Source: Alphaproteobacteria bacterium
GTDB lineage: Bacteria > Pseudomonadota > Alphaproteobacteria > SHVV01
DNA length: 64,000 bases
Direction: 5' to 3'
Assembly (NCBI GenBank): GCA_965261735.1
Contig: OZ253470.1
Span: 4,128,001-4,192,000, forward strand
Shown: positions 46,751 through 57,405 of the stretch, in pieces
Position numbering within the stretch: the stretch's first letter is position 1
Layout: each line of letters begins with the position of its first letter
Position numbers and translations under genes: made by a program
Notes under the pieces: model-generated
What the model saw: only the letters and a program-made list of their open reading frames with translations
Told to the model about the DNA's origin: nothing
Databases searched by the model: none

Positions 46751-47515
46751 TTATTCGGACGGTTGCCGGCGTCGTGACCGGCTCTGCTTGAGCCGGTAGC
46801 TCTCGCCGTTCATCTCCAGGATATGGACATGGTGGGTGATGCGGTCGAGCAGCGCGCCGGTGAGGCGCTCGCTGGCGAAGACCGTCGTCCATTCCTGGAA
46901 GGGCAGGTTTGAGGTCACGATGGTGGCGCCGTTCTCGTAGCGCCGGCTGAAGACGTCGAACAGCAGCTCGCTTCCGGTCTGCGACAGGGGCACGTAGCCG
47001 AGCTCGTCGACGATCAGGAGATTGACCCTGGCGAGCTGGGCCTGGAGTCGGAGCAGCCTCTTCTCGTCGCGCGCCTCGATCAGCTCGTGGACCAGGTGGG
47101 GGGCGGTGGCGAAGCGCACGCCGAGGCCCTTCTGGCAGGCGGCGAGGCCGAGGGCGAGAGCGACATGGGTCTTTCCGACGCCGCTCGGGCCGAGCAGGAT
47201 TACGTTCTCGCGGCGCGCGATGTACTCGCCGCGGGCGAGATCCAGCACCAGCATCTTGTTGAGCGCCGGGATCGCCTTGAAGTCGAAGCTCTCGAGCTGT
47301 TTGACGACAGGGAACCCGGCCTGCTTGATACGCCGTTCGACGAGGCGGCGCTCGCGGTCGATCAGCTCCAGCTCCACCAGCCGGGCCAGGAACTGCACAT
47401 GATCCAGGCCCTCGGCCGCGCACTGGCGCGCCAGTTTCTCGTATTCCCGCAGGAAGGTCGGCAGCTTCAGCCTCTTCAGGTGATGTTCGAGCAGGATGCG
47501 GGGGGCCTCAGCCAT
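46751..47515 (-). CDS. istB: IS21 helper ATPase IstB
   Basis: GPSGVGKTH, LIVDELGY, TSNLPF.EW, LLDRITHH. Confidence 0.95.
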   Translation of the reverse strand: MAEAPRILLEHHLKRLKLPTFLREYEKLARQCAAEGLDHVQFLARLVELELIDRERRLVERRIKQAGFPVVKQLESFDFKAIPALNKMLVLDLARGEYIARRENVILLGPSGVGKTHVALALGLAACQKGLGVRFATAPHLVHELIEARDEKRLLRLQAQLARVNLLIVDELGYVPLSQTGSELLFDVFSRRYENGATIVTSNLPFQEWTTVFASERLTGALLDRITHHVHILEMNGESYRLKQSRSRRRQPSE

Positions 47516-49010
47516 GGCCGGCCCCTCCGGCCAGCAGGATGGCGTAGTCGGCGCTCCGCGTGGCGGCGACGAAGGGCTGGGGCAGGTGCGGATAGCGCGA
47601 CAGGTCGAGATGCACGGGCCGCCTCTCGATGCGCGCCAGCAGGAGATGCTTGACCGCATCGAAGCCGATCAGGCGCCGCTTCACCGCGTCGCGCACCGCG
47701 GCCGCCACCTGCCGTTCCGGGAAGTCTTCGTGCAGGCGCAGCACCTGGATGTATTCGCGCTTGCCGCGCGGGCCGAAGCGGGCTTCGAGGAGGCGGCGCA
47801 GCGTGTCGAAGGCGGGATCGAGCTTCCATCCCCGCAGCGGCGCCGCCTGGTCCAGGGCGCCCGGCTTCTTCTCCAGCAGCGACAGATAGTGCAGCGGGTC
47901 GTAGATGACGTCGCCGCGGACATAGGAGCGCCGATGGCGGGCGACGATCTCGGCGCCGAGCGCGATCTCGACCCGGTCGACATAGCCCTTCACCATGACC
48001 TTCTTGTGGGCGTGCGCCGCCGGCGCCGAGTAGTCCACCAGCCGGTAGCGCACCAGGGCCGTGGACGAGATCTGGCCCGGCACATGCTCGCAAGCCTCGA
48101 AGGGAACCGCCGGCAGATCGCGCAGGGCCTCGAGATCGGCCAGCGCCGCCGCCGCCTGCCCCCCTGCCTCCAGCGCGTCGAGCCGCTCAAGGCAGCGCGC
48201 CAGCAGCCGCTCGTTCAGGACCGACAGGTCATGCACCTTCGGGATCGGCACCATGAACCGGCGCCGTGCCGTCTTCACCAGGGCCTCGACCTTGCCCTTG
48301 TCGTTGCCCTTGCCGGGCCGGCCGAAGCGGTCGCGGAACAGGTAGTGCGATTGCAGATGCGTGAACGCCTGCGTGCGCCGACGCGTGCCGTCGCCCAGGA
48401 TCCTCGCCACCGCAAGCGTCGTGTTGTCATAGAGGATCGATCGCGGCACACCGCCGAGGAAGGCGAAGGCGCTGACATGGCCGTCCAGGAAGGCCTCCGT
48501 CGTCTCCCTCGGATAGGCCTTGACGAACCAGACGTTGGAATGGGGCAGGATCAGGCAGAAGAAGGCAACCTTCTCCCGCCTGCCCCCGACCTCCACCACC
48601 GCCTCGCCGAAGTCGACCTGGGCATGGCCCGGCGGGTGATGCAGCGGCACAAAAGCCTCGCGCGTCGACTGCCGCCGAGCCCGGACATAGTCCTTCACGA
48701 TGGTATAGCCGCCGGTGAACCCGTGCTCGTCCCGTAGCCGCTCGAATATCCGGTGCGCCGTGTGGCGCTGCTTGCGCGGCACGTCCGGATCCGTGTCCGC
48801 CTCCAGGATCGCGTCGACGATGCCGGTGAACCCGTCCAGCTTGGGCCGCCGGACCGGCTTCGTCCGGCGGTAGCCCGGTGGCGCCGAGTAGGTCAGCATC
48901 TTCTTCACCGTGCGACGGTCGATGCCGAACCGCCGGCCCGCCTCGTGATGACTCAGACCCTCGTCGACAACCGCCAGTCGAACCGCCGCATAGAGCTCCA
49001 CGCCGTACAT
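47508..49010 (-). CDS. istA: IS21 transposase IstA
   Basis: GHAQVDFG, GGVPRSILYDN, KGKVE. Confidence 0.95.
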   Translation of the reverse strand: MYGVELYAAVRLAVVDEGLSHHEAGRRFGIDRRTVKKMLTYSAPPGYRRTKPVRRPKLDGFTGIVDAILEADTDPDVPRKQRHTAHRIFERLRDEHGFTGGYTIVKDYVRARRQSTREAFVPLHHPPGHAQVDFGEAVVEVGGRREKVAFFCLILPHSNVWFVKAYPRETTEAFLDGHVSAFAFLGGVPRSILYDNTTLAVARILGDGTRRRTQAFTHLQSHYLFRDRFGRPGKGNDKGKVEALVKTARRRFMVPIPKVHDLSVLNERLLARCLERLDALEAGGQAAAALADLEALRDLPAVPFEACEHVPGQISSTALVRYRLVDYSAPAAHAHKKVMVKGYVDRVEIALGAEIVARHRRSYVRGDVIYDPLHYLSLLEKKPGALDQAAPLRGWKLDPAFDTLRRLLEARFGPRGKREYIQVLRLHEDFPERQVAAAVRDAVKRRLIGFDAVKHLLLARIERRPVHLDLSRYPHLPQPFVAATRSADYAILLAGGAGHG

Positions 49011-49292
49011 CTCGTGCCCCTCGTCGCAACCGACAAGGGACCATGAGTGGCACAATTTTGCGCCGCCGCGACCGGACCGCCCGGCCGCCTCGCGTGGAGC
49101 ATTATTCCTCCGCCGTTAACAACCGCCGCTTGAACCATCAAAGCCAAGCGGCTTAACATCAAACAAAGATGAGCCAGATCCTCCCTTATGAAACACGCTC
49201 AACAGTCCCATTTGTTTTGATGACGGACAGGCAGGCCCGCGCGGAAGCACCTTGATCGCCCAGCCGGAAGCGCCTTGTTCGAGTGCGGGGCG

Positions 49293-50537
49293 CTAGGCCG
49301 CGCGCTTATCGAAACGCCGGGTCCGCCTGCGGCGCTTGCGGGGGCTCGGTGCCGGTCGAGGCGCCGCGCCCTTGCCGTTATTGCCCGACGCGGCCACAGT
49401 CTCGTCCGGCGCCTCGCCGACAACCCGCAATGACTCTTTGATCAACCGCTCGATCGCGCGCAGTTGCGGCCGCTCGCTGGCATCGCAGAACGAGATCGCG
49501 ATGCCCGCGGCGCCCGCGCGCGCGGTGCGGCCGATCCGGTGAACGTAGCATTCGGGCTCGTTCGGCAGCTCGTAATTGATGACGTGGGTGACGTCGTCGA
49601 CGTCAAGCCCGCGCGCGGCGACATCGGTGGCCACCAGCACCCGCACTTCTCCGGTGCGGAAGTTTTCGAGCGCCCGTTGGCGCGCATTTTGGGACTTATT
49701 GCCATGCAGCGCATCGGCACTGACCCCGCCAAGGGCGAGCCGTTTGACCACCTGGTTGGCGCCGCGTTTGGTGCGCGTAAATACCAGCACCTTTTTGAGA
49801 TCGGGTGCGGCAAGAAGCTTGGCCAGAAGATCGCGTTTCGAGGCCGTGGCGAGGTGATGGACGTGTTGCTCGACGCGCTCCACCGCCACCCTCTTGGCCG
49901 CGATTTCGACCCGTTCAGGCTCGAACAGGACCTCGCCGGCGAGCTTCGCAACCTCGGCCGGCATGGTCGCCGAAAAGAGCTGTGTCTGCCGCTCATCAGG
50001 CAGCATCGCCACGATCTTACGCACGTCGCGGATGAAGCCCATGTCGAACATGCGGTCGGCCTCGTCGATGATGAGGTATTCGCACTGGCTCAAATCGGCG
50101 CGGCGCTGCTGCGCGAGATCGAGAAGCCGGCCCGGCGTGGCAACCAGAATGTCGACGCTGCGGCGCAGCGCCTCGATCTGGGGCCGCTGGGGGACGCCGC
50201 CCATGACGACCGCCTGGCGAAATTGCAGGTGCCGCCCATAGGTCTTGATGCTGCTGGAGATCTGTAGCGCGAGTTCGCGCGTGGGCGCGAGAATTAGCGC
50301 TCGCGTCGTCCACGGCGAAGCCTTGACGCCGTCTTCGACGAGGTTCTGCAGAAGCGGCAGCGTGAACGCCGCTGTCTTGCCGGTGCCCGTCTGGGCGATA
50401 CCGAGCAGATCCATGCCGTCCAGCAGGTACGGAATGGCGCGACGTTGAATGGGGGTGGGGGTGTCGTACTGCGCGTCTTCAAGCGCGCGTAAAAGCCGCT
50501 CGGAGAGCCCGAGTTCGGCGAAAGCTGAAACTGTCAA
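49293..50537 (-). CDS. DEAD-box RNA helicase (RhlE-like)
   Basis: AQTGTGKT, PTRELA, TPGR, DEAD, SAT, HRIGRTAR; TTG start after AAGGA. Confidence 0.95.
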   Translation of the reverse strand: MTVSAFAELGLSERLLRALEDAQYDTPTPIQRRAIPYLLDGMDLLGIAQTGTGKTAAFTLPLLQNLVEDGVKASPWTTRALILAPTRELALQISSSIKTYGRHLQFRQAVVMGGVPQRPQIEALRRSVDILVATPGRLLDLAQQRRADLSQCEYLIIDEADRMFDMGFIRDVRKIVAMLPDERQTQLFSATMPAEVAKLAGEVLFEPERVEIAAKRVAVERVEQHVHHLATASKRDLLAKLLAAPDLKKVLVFTRTKRGANQVVKRLALGGVSADALHGNKSQNARQRALENFRTGEVRVLVATDVAARGLDVDDVTHVINYELPNEPECYVHRIGRTARAGAAGIAISFCDASERPQLRAIERLIKESLRVVGEAPDETVAASGNNGKGAAPRPAPSPRKRRRRTRRFDKRAA

Positions 50538-50793
50538 AGATACAAATTCCTTGTTACGGAGACCCGGCGCGCGCGGAGGCGAGCGATCAGGGCTAACCGT
50601 GTCCTTCTTTTCCACGCGCACTTAGATCAGACGGGGATTGGATGAAATATCCTCGCGGTAATAAGCCCGTTTCGACGGGCAGATCGCGCGACCGCGAGGA
50701 ACGCTGCCTTTCAAATGAGCCCTCCCGCCTCGAAAGTCAAGGTGTGGGCCGAAAATCGGATCGTCAAACGTCGAGCACCAGGTCGGTCGTAAG

Positions 50794-52179
50794 GGGTGCG
50801 AGTCTCGCATGGCAGTGATGTCTGCGGCTTGGTTCGTTGAGTTCAGGCAGCGATTGCCATGGCTGCTGCACGTGGACTGATGTTGTCGTTGGCCGGTGTG
50901 TCGGTTGCGCTGATCAGGGCCTTCCATGCGCGCTCGAAGCGGCCGGATTTGATCAGGGCGCGGAAGGTCAGAACAGCCTGTCCGCCGACGATCCGCCAGC
51001 GCATGCCGGAGCGCTTCATTTGCTGTGTCACCAGGGTCTTGTTGGCAGCCTCGACCACGCCTGAGCCGATGGCGATGCCCTCTTCCTTCAGGGCGTGGTA
51101 GCGCATGCGATGGCGATGCTTGCGGAAGAAGGCGAGTTCCCGCTCGGTCTCGGCCCGGTCCGGCGCAGCGGCGGCATCGCGAAGGTGGCGCAGCGCCCGG
51201 ATCACCTTGGCGACGCCACGGGGATCGTGACGGAGGATCTCGCGGTACTTCTCGAACCAGCCGGGCGCCACGGCATGGTCGGACGCGGTTTGCAGATGTT
51301 CGCAAGCATGCCAGAAGTCGATCACCTCGGTTTCGGGCGACAGGGTCTCCAGGAAGGTCCAGTTGTCGGCGGCGCCATCGGCGATAGCGACGATCCCGAT
51401 CTCGGGGCGTGCTCGCCTGATGTGTGCGACTTCGCTTGCAAGCTGCGCCTTCAGCGTGAGCTTGCCGCTCTCCGGCATGCGGCCGGGATAGAGGGTCTTC
51501 AGGCGCTTGCCCTCGGCGTCGTGGAAGGGAGACCGTGCCGCAGGCGGCCTCGCGCAAGGAGGCCTTGGCGCGACCGTCCTCGCCGGGTCTCAGCGGCACC
51601 ATGACGCCGTCGAGGGAGACCGAGGCGGTGGTCGCGTCCTGCGGTATGCCCTCGGCCTCACGGATGCTGCCCAGCGTCTCCGGGCCGAGGCTCTCCCAGC
51701 ATTCGTGCATGCTCAGGGTCAGGCGCTGCAGGGTGCTCACCGACGGCGTCATGGCGCCGGTCTTCGCAAAGAACGCCGCCGCTTCCCGGGCCGTGCAGTG
51801 ACCCATCATCAGCAGACCGAGCTCGGCCGCCGGCCGCGTCAGGTAATCGTCGACGAGGCCCAGGCTCTCGTCGACCGGCACCGGCGATGCCCCGCTCGCG
51901 CCGCTGCGGTAACGCGCTCGCCGGTAGGTCACCGGACCGAGCGAGGTCATGATCGTCTTCGGCGTCACCGCGACCCGGAACCAGCTCTGCCCGTCCCGCT
52001 CGATCCGGGAAGCGCCATCGTCCCGGTTCTCGATGACGGCGCCCATGACATCGCGAGCGAACTCGTTCGTGGCCTCACGCACCCGCAACTCGACCTCCTC
52101 GGGCGCCTCGGGGCGCGGCTCGGAACAACCAGGTGGTGAAGTGCCCGCTCGAGGTTCACAAGCCTTGATGGCGAAACAT
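50794..52179 (-). pseudogene. ISKra4/UPF0236-like transposase, multiply frameshifted, with right end near 50794
   Basis: VSLDGV, AIADGA..NW, IDFWHA.EHL, IGSGVVEAA.K, KRSGMRW; fragments lie in different frames. Confidence 0.85.
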
Positions 52180-52331
52180 ATCTGACGCCTCCAACCGGTG
52201 CATTTGGGCAAGGCTGGACTGTTGCGATTATCTTTACGTGGGAGGCTCCGCCGTGAAGCCGCGGTATTGTCGTCCCCGTGTTGGTGTCATGGGGCAGCCT
52301 ATGCCGTGAAGAAGCCCGGCAGCGGTGCCGG

Positions 52332-53696
52332 TCAATTGTCAGGGGCCGCTGCTGTTTCACATCCGGTATGGCTTCCATCGAAATGGCGAATGCCGGGATT
52401 TGGAGTTTCGCCAAGCGGTGCGGCGGGTCCGATGCGCGCCGCCGCCAAGTCCCGCCAGCGAGTGGTGTAGCGCGGGGACAACCGTTCCTGGCGCATTCGC
52501 CACTCTGCATCCCTGGCCGTAAGCCCGAGAGCGATGGAGCCCCGCCCGAAGCGCTCGTTGATCCTGTCCATAGCCTGCATCAACCGGCCGTTCTCCAGCG
52601 GCCCGTCCTGAAACAGCGACCCAACCGCATCGTCGGCCGGCGACAGGTCAAGCAGCATCACGCCGGCCTTGCGGTAGGCAAAGCCCTCGCGCCAGAGGCG
52701 TTCGAATATTCGCAACGCCGCCGCGACGATAACGCGGCTGTCGGCGGTTGGCGCCGGGAACGCTGCAGATGCGGCGGTCGTGTATTGCGGGGCGGCGGTA
52801 TCGAACCTGTCGGTCGCGATGGATACCTGAAGATTGCCACAGACCTGATCGGACTGACGGATCTTCTCCGCCGTCCTTTCCGCGAAGGATACGATGGCGT
52901 CGCGAACCTGTCCCCGATCGGTAATCGCCCGGCTGAAGCTTCGCGAACAGCAGGTGGTCTGTTTGACGGCGGGCTGTGTCTCCAACTCATGACAGGCGAT
53001 GCCGCGCAGCTCGTGCACCGTCCTGAGCCCGGTCACTCCCATGCGCTGGCGCACCCAGCCATCGGGCGCATCGCGCAGGTCCAGCGCGGTCCCGATACCG
53101 CGCCCGGCCAGCATCCTCGACCAACGGCCGCCGATGCCCCAGACATCGCCCGCGGCGGTCCTGGAGAGCGCCGGGCCGACCCAGGCGGGGTTGCCCGACA
53201 GGTCGAGAACCCCTCCCGTCCGTGGCGCGCTTTTCGCGATCCTGTTGGCGATCTTGGCCAGGGTCTTGGTCGGGCCGATCCCGATCGATACCGGGATGCC
53301 GGTCCAGCGGCGGACCCGGGTACGAAGATCGTGGCACCACCGGGTCAGGTCGGGCACCGCCAGGCAGTCGAGATCGAGGAAGCTCTCGTCGATACTGTAG
53401 ACCTCGATGCGCGGCGCCTCGGCGGCCAGGATGCTCATCACCCGTTCCGACAGGTCGCCATAGAGCGCGTAGTTCGAGGACAGCACGGTGACATCGTGGC
53501 GTTCGACGAGGCGCTTCGCCTGGAACAGCGGGACGCCCATGGCGATGCCGAGCGCCTTGGCCTCCTGGGAGCGGGCGACGATGCAGCCATCGTTGTTGGA
53601 CAGCACGACGATGGGGCGGCCGGAGAGCGAAGGTTGGAACACCCGCTCGCACGAGGCATAGAAGTTGTTGCAATCGACCAGGCCGACCGTGGTCAT
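52332..53696 (-). CDS. umuC: Y-family DNA polymerase V subunit UmuC-like
   Basis: [39 protein letters not shown]. Confidence 0.95.
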   Translation of the reverse strand: MTTVGLVDCNNFYASCERVFQPSLSGRPIVVLSNNDGCIVARSQEAKALGIAMGVPLFQAKRLVERHDVTVLSSNYALYGDLSERVMSILAAEAPRIEVYSIDESFLDLDCLAVPDLTRWCHDLRTRVRRWTGIPVSIGIGPTKTLAKIANRIAKSAPRTGGVLDLSGNPAWVGPALSRTAAGDVWGIGGRWSRMLAGRGIGTALDLRDAPDGWVRQRMGVTGLRTVHELRGIACHELETQPAVKQTTCCSRSFSRAITDRGQVRDAIVSFAERTAEKIRQSDQVCGNLQVSIATDRFDTAAPQYTTAASAAFPAPTADSRVIVAAALRIFERLWREGFAYRKAGVMLLDLSPADDAVGSLFQDGPLENGRLMQAMDRINERFGRGSIALGLTARDAEWRMRQERLSPRYTTRWRDLAAARIGPAAPLGETPNPGIRHFDGSHTGCETAAAPDN

Positions 53697-53700
53697 GGAC

Positions 53701-54135
53701 CTAACGCGCGCAGTGCTTGCGGATGCTGTGGGTAACGACGCCCCAGGCCTCGCAACCGGCATCGTCGAGGGCGATATCGGGAAAATCCGGGTTCTCGGCG
53801 TAGAGGATCAGGGCGCCATTGCTCTTTCTCAGGCGTTTGACCGTCAGCTCGCCATGCAGGACGGCGATGACGATATCGTCGGCCTGGGGCACGATGGCGC
53901 GGTCGACAACGAGAAGGTCGCCGTCGAAAATCCCGGCGTCGCGCATGGACTCGCCCTGCGCGCGGATGAAAAAGGTGGCCGCCGGGCGGCGGATCAGATG
54001 CAGATTGAGATCAAGCTTGCCCTCGATATGGTCGTCGGCGGGGCTTGGAAAACCGGCCGGCACCCTGGAGCCGTAAAGCGGCAGGGCGAGTTCGGAGGGC
54101 TGATCGGTGAAACGATGCAAGGGGACGACCTTCAA
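53701..54135 (-). CDS. umuD: UmuD-like S24 peptidase
   Basis: [20 protein letters not shown]. Confidence 0.93.
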   Translation of the reverse strand: MKVVPLHRFTDQPSELALPLYGSRVPAGFPSPADDHIEGKLDLNLHLIRRPAATFFIRAQGESMRDAGIFDGDLLVVDRAIVPQADDIVIAVLHGELTVKRLRKSNGALILYAENPDFPDIALDDAGCEAWGVVTHSIRKHCAR

Positions 54136-54144
54136 TATCAATAG

Positions 54145-54159
54145 GAACATAACATGAAT
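54145..54159. promoter_or_regulatory. LexA box upstream of umuDC
   Basis: GAAC-ATAACAT-GAAT (one mismatch from GAAC-N7-GAAC) immediately upstream of the start. Confidence 0.65.
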
Positions 54160-54444
54160 TTAGTGGCCAATTGTCAAGATGGCGTGGCGTGTTGAGGGCT
54201 CTCGCGATCCAAACGCTCTGGCACATAGGCCATTTGCGATTCCATGAGGCCATCTGGACTTGAAATCGCCCCTAAGAGCGGCGTTTCTCGTCGTGTTCGT
54301 GGCCAGGGCAAGGCCGTGCCGTTTCTATGAGGTCGATGAGAGAGGGTGTTAGTTTTGCCGCACGCGTTGCGGCTATTCGCGGCCCATTTCGCGCACAACC
54401 GGCAACAGCCGCCATATCATGCGGGCCAGAGAGGGAAGAAGACC

Positions 54445-54873
54445 ATGAGGAAACGAATGCATGGCATCCGTGCCGGCGCCGTTCTGGCAATCCTTGTGCT
54501 CGCGATGGCTCCGGCGTCGCGGGCGGGCACGCCGTCCTGCCCGGCCGGGTTTGAAGAGTTCACCGAGTACCGGCTGTTCTTCGGGCGTAGCCGGGCAGAT
54601 GTGGAAGTCGTGAGCGACAAGGCCTGGCGGGGATTTCTCGCCGCGGAGATCACGCCGCGTTTCCCCGGCGGTCTGACCGTTCTGGACGCCGCCGGGCAGT
54701 GGCGCGACGGATCAGGCGCGATCATGCGGGAGAGGACGAAGCTGGTGATTGTCCTGGCCAAGCCGGCTGCTGCGGAGGTGCGGCACACGGTGGAGATTGC
54801 GGAGGCGTACAAGCGTTCATTCGGCCAGGAGGCCGTATTGCGTACGATCACGCCGGCCTGCGTGTCGTTTTAG
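54445..54873 (+). CDS. DUF3574-like secreted protein
   Basis: Signal peptide, LFFGRS, W..FL..EITPRFPGGLTVLD..GQW, FGQEAV. Confidence 0.85.
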   Translation: MRKRMHGIRAGAVLAILVLAMAPASRAGTPSCPAGFEEFTEYRLFFGRSRADVEVVSDKAWRGFLAAEITPRFPGGLTVLDAAGQWRDGSGAIMRERTKLVIVLAKPAAAEVRHTVEIAEAYKRSFGQEAVLRTITPACVSF

Positions 54874-55026
54874 GACTTTGCACCCTTCGACCCCGGACGC
54901 GCTGGTCGGCGCGGGCGAGGCTGAAACGCGAGTGGTGAGCGCTGGAGGATGCCGTGAGGCGGCGGCACGAGGCAGCCAGGTGCCTGCCGTCTCTGCGAGG
55001 CCGGAGAGGAGCTGCGCCCGGAGCCG

Positions 55027-56010
55027 CTAGTTGGCTTTGAAGGCGTCGATTATCGCGGCGCCGCCGGCGCCCGCGGCGGCAGACCATTCGGCCGACATGG
55101 TCGCGCCGATCTCCGCGAGGTCGGCGGCGAGCCGCTCACCCGGCGCCAGCACGCTCATGCCGTTGTCCCTTAGCTGTGCCATATACCAATCGGTCAACTC
55201 GCGTGCTCGCGTCGTGCCGGCCGCTTCCGCCAACAACGACGCCGAACGCAGGCAGTTCCGGGTTTGCGCGTCGAGCGCGTCGAAGGCGTCCATGTTCACG
55301 AACACATAGTTGCGCGGCAGCCAGGCCCGGACGTCGTAGAAATAGCTCATATGCTCCCAGACCTTGTGGTCGTAACCGGTCGAGCTCGACGACATGAAGG
55401 CGTCCGCCACACCGCTCGCCAGCGCCTGCCTGAGCTCTGCCGCCTCGACATGCACCGGCAGCATTTTGGCAAGCTCTGCCAGTCTCGCGGTCGCGGCGTT
55501 GTTGGTGCGGAACCTGATCCCGCCCATGTCGGCGACACCGCCGATCTCACGTTTGAAATACATCCCCTGCGGTGGCCAGGGGACGGCGTAGAGCAGTACC
55601 AGATTCTGCTCGGCGAGGATCTCGGTCAACTTGCCCCTGGCCGCCTGCCAAAGCCGATCGGATGCCTCGAAGGACGATGCCAGGAACGGCACCGAGTCGA
55701 ACCCGAAGACGGCATTCTCATTCTGGTGCGCGCTCAACAACCGCTCACCGATGGGAGCCCGGCCGGTCTGTACGGCGCGTTTGATCTCACCGCCCTTGAA
55801 CAGGGTGCCGCCGCCATGCACTACGATCTCAAGATCGCCCCCGGTGCACACGCCCACTGCCTCGGCAAACAGCTTGCCGTTTTGCGTGTGGTAATTGGAA
55901 TCCACATACGCCGTCGGCATGTCCCATTTGTCGGCCGCGTGGACGGTGCCCGCCGAGAGGGCCAAGCCTGCAGCCAGTCCCGTCAACCATTTCATCGTCA
56001 AGTCTCTCAT
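55027..56010 (-). CDS. TRAP transporter substrate-binding protein (DctP family)
   Basis: Signal peptide, WDMPTAY, IKRAVQTG, PWPPQG. Confidence 0.9.
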   Translation of the reverse strand: MRDLTMKWLTGLAAGLALSAGTVHAADKWDMPTAYVDSNYHTQNGKLFAEAVGVCTGGDLEIVVHGGGTLFKGGEIKRAVQTGRAPIGERLLSAHQNENAVFGFDSVPFLASSFEASDRLWQAARGKLTEILAEQNLVLLYAVPWPPQGMYFKREIGGVADMGGIRFRTNNAATARLAELAKMLPVHVEAAELRQALASGVADAFMSSSSTGYDHKVWEHMSYFYDVRAWLPRNYVFVNMDAFDALDAQTRNCLRSASLLAEAAGTTRARELTDWYMAQLRDNGMSVLAPGERLAADLAEIGATMSAEWSAAAGAGGAAIIDAFKAN

Positions 56011-56311
56011 TGTGTGTATGCCGTGCCCGGCGGCGATAACGGCAATCCAAAAGCACTATCGCCGCCTGTAGCGCTCATGGGAACGCCATTCTTGAGCATC
56101 CGAAAGGCCAATTGCGCCACGTTACTGGCGTAATAACCTAAACTTCAACACCTGTCGGATTTTCCGGGGCCACCCCACCATCTGATCAGCAGGGGGGGGT
56201 GCTAGGGTGCGCCGTATTGGTAACTGATTGATATAAAGCTAATTTTTGATATACCTCTTAAAGCAGCTGGAATTCCTGGGTTGCTCCCGCATTTTGAGGA
56301 AGGATCGCGAA

Positions 56312-56683
56312 ATGATCGGAAACTTGATTCTAGGTGCAAACGATATTGAACGCGCTGGCCGGTTCTATGATTCGCTTCTCGGGGATATCGGAGCGAAGCG
56401 GACAACGGAAGCAGAAACTTTCATCCGGTGGGAGGCCCCATCGGGTGAAACGACATTCTGCGTAGCCAAGCCCTACGATGGAGACCCGGCTACTGTAGGC
56501 AACGGCACAATGATTGCGCTCAAAGTCGAAAGCGAAGAGCAGGTGAATGCATTACATGCCAAGGCTCTTGAGCTCGGGGGGAAGGACGAGGGGGCACCCG
56601 GCCCGCGTGGCACTAGCGGATTCTACGGCGGGTATTTCAGGGACCTGGATGGAAACAAGCTGGCTTTCTACATCATGAAATAG
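56312..56683 (+). CDS. VOC/glyoxalase family protein
   Basis: MIG...LGANDIERA..FYD...GGKDEGAPGPR...YFRDLDGNKL. Confidence 0.92.
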   Translation: MIGNLILGANDIERAGRFYDSLLGDIGAKRTTEAETFIRWEAPSGETTFCVAKPYDGDPATVGNGTMIALKVESEEQVNALHAKALELGGKDEGAPGPRGTSGFYGGYFRDLDGNKLAFYIMK

Positions 56684-57405
56684 GAGTTGTGGGAGACCTC
56701 GCTCGGTGGCTCAAACCGTTTTCCTCTGACAACGCCGGTGCGCCGGAAGGCGTGCCGGGCCGTGGGCGGGGTATAGACCGCGCAGCCCGGCCCGACCGGC
56801 CGTCGATCTTCATCTGCCTGCGGCCGCTGAAGATGCAATAGGTCTCCTAGGGCTCGTGGTGATGAAGCAGGAGCTGTGCTTCAGGCGGGATTTCCGCGCA
56901 CAAAGAACTGGGCGTCTATCATGGCGAGCTGGTTGGCAAGAGCGATGTCATGAGGGCGTTCCTGGCCCAATCCGAGGTGAGCGGTGACTATGATTTCTCG
57001 AGGATTACCGCGGTTGTGGACATGATCGTCTCGGATTGTACGGTCCTCAGGGAGTCAGTGTGGATTGCCGACCCGGAGGCGTCGTAGGCGGTGGCTGCAC
57101 CTTGCAAGATCCGGGATTGTCGTGAGGTTGACGGTTCGAGACAGAAGACATCCTCCGGGCGAAGATGTCCCCGGCCTTCCGGAGTGCGCGGTCATAGGCA
57201 GCAAGAAAACCATAGACGAATGAGCCTGATCCCGCCGTCGATGCCTTCCACCCGCCCCGCGTGCGTTCACGAATCGGGGCGTGGCCTTGACGCAGCGTTG
57301 GCATTGAACCGTTCGGCGGGCTCCGGCCATGATTGCTCCATCGGTCCGATCCGGCCCGGCGCGACCCGTACCCGGCGGCTTATCAATTGCCCGGGGATAT
57401 TCGCC

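Larger units (their letters stand above)
45193..49121 (-). mobile_element. IS21-family insertion sequence (interrupted by IS110/IS1111)
   Basis: Ends TGTCAACGGCGGCGGGAATATG / TGTTAACGGCGGAGGAATAATG, inner repeats, istA-istB. Confidence 0.93.
45050..49229. mobile_element. Empty IS481/IS3-like shell: about 108-bp terminal inverted repeats enclosing IS21
   Basis: 45050-45157 (TGTCCGCCATCAAAACAAATGGGACTG...) is the near-perfect reverse complement of 49122-49229; the right arm encodes a transposase-like tail RRLNHQSQAA*. Confidence 0.8.

Noticed and set aside
50622-52211. 529-aa ORF as an intact transposase
   Set aside because: Homologous motifs switch frame near 51530 and 52110; the catalytic C-terminus lies in ORF 50843-51478.
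56700-57400. Possible gene or RNA in the long intergenic stretch
   Set aside because: Only short broken frames; no motif or structure I can support.
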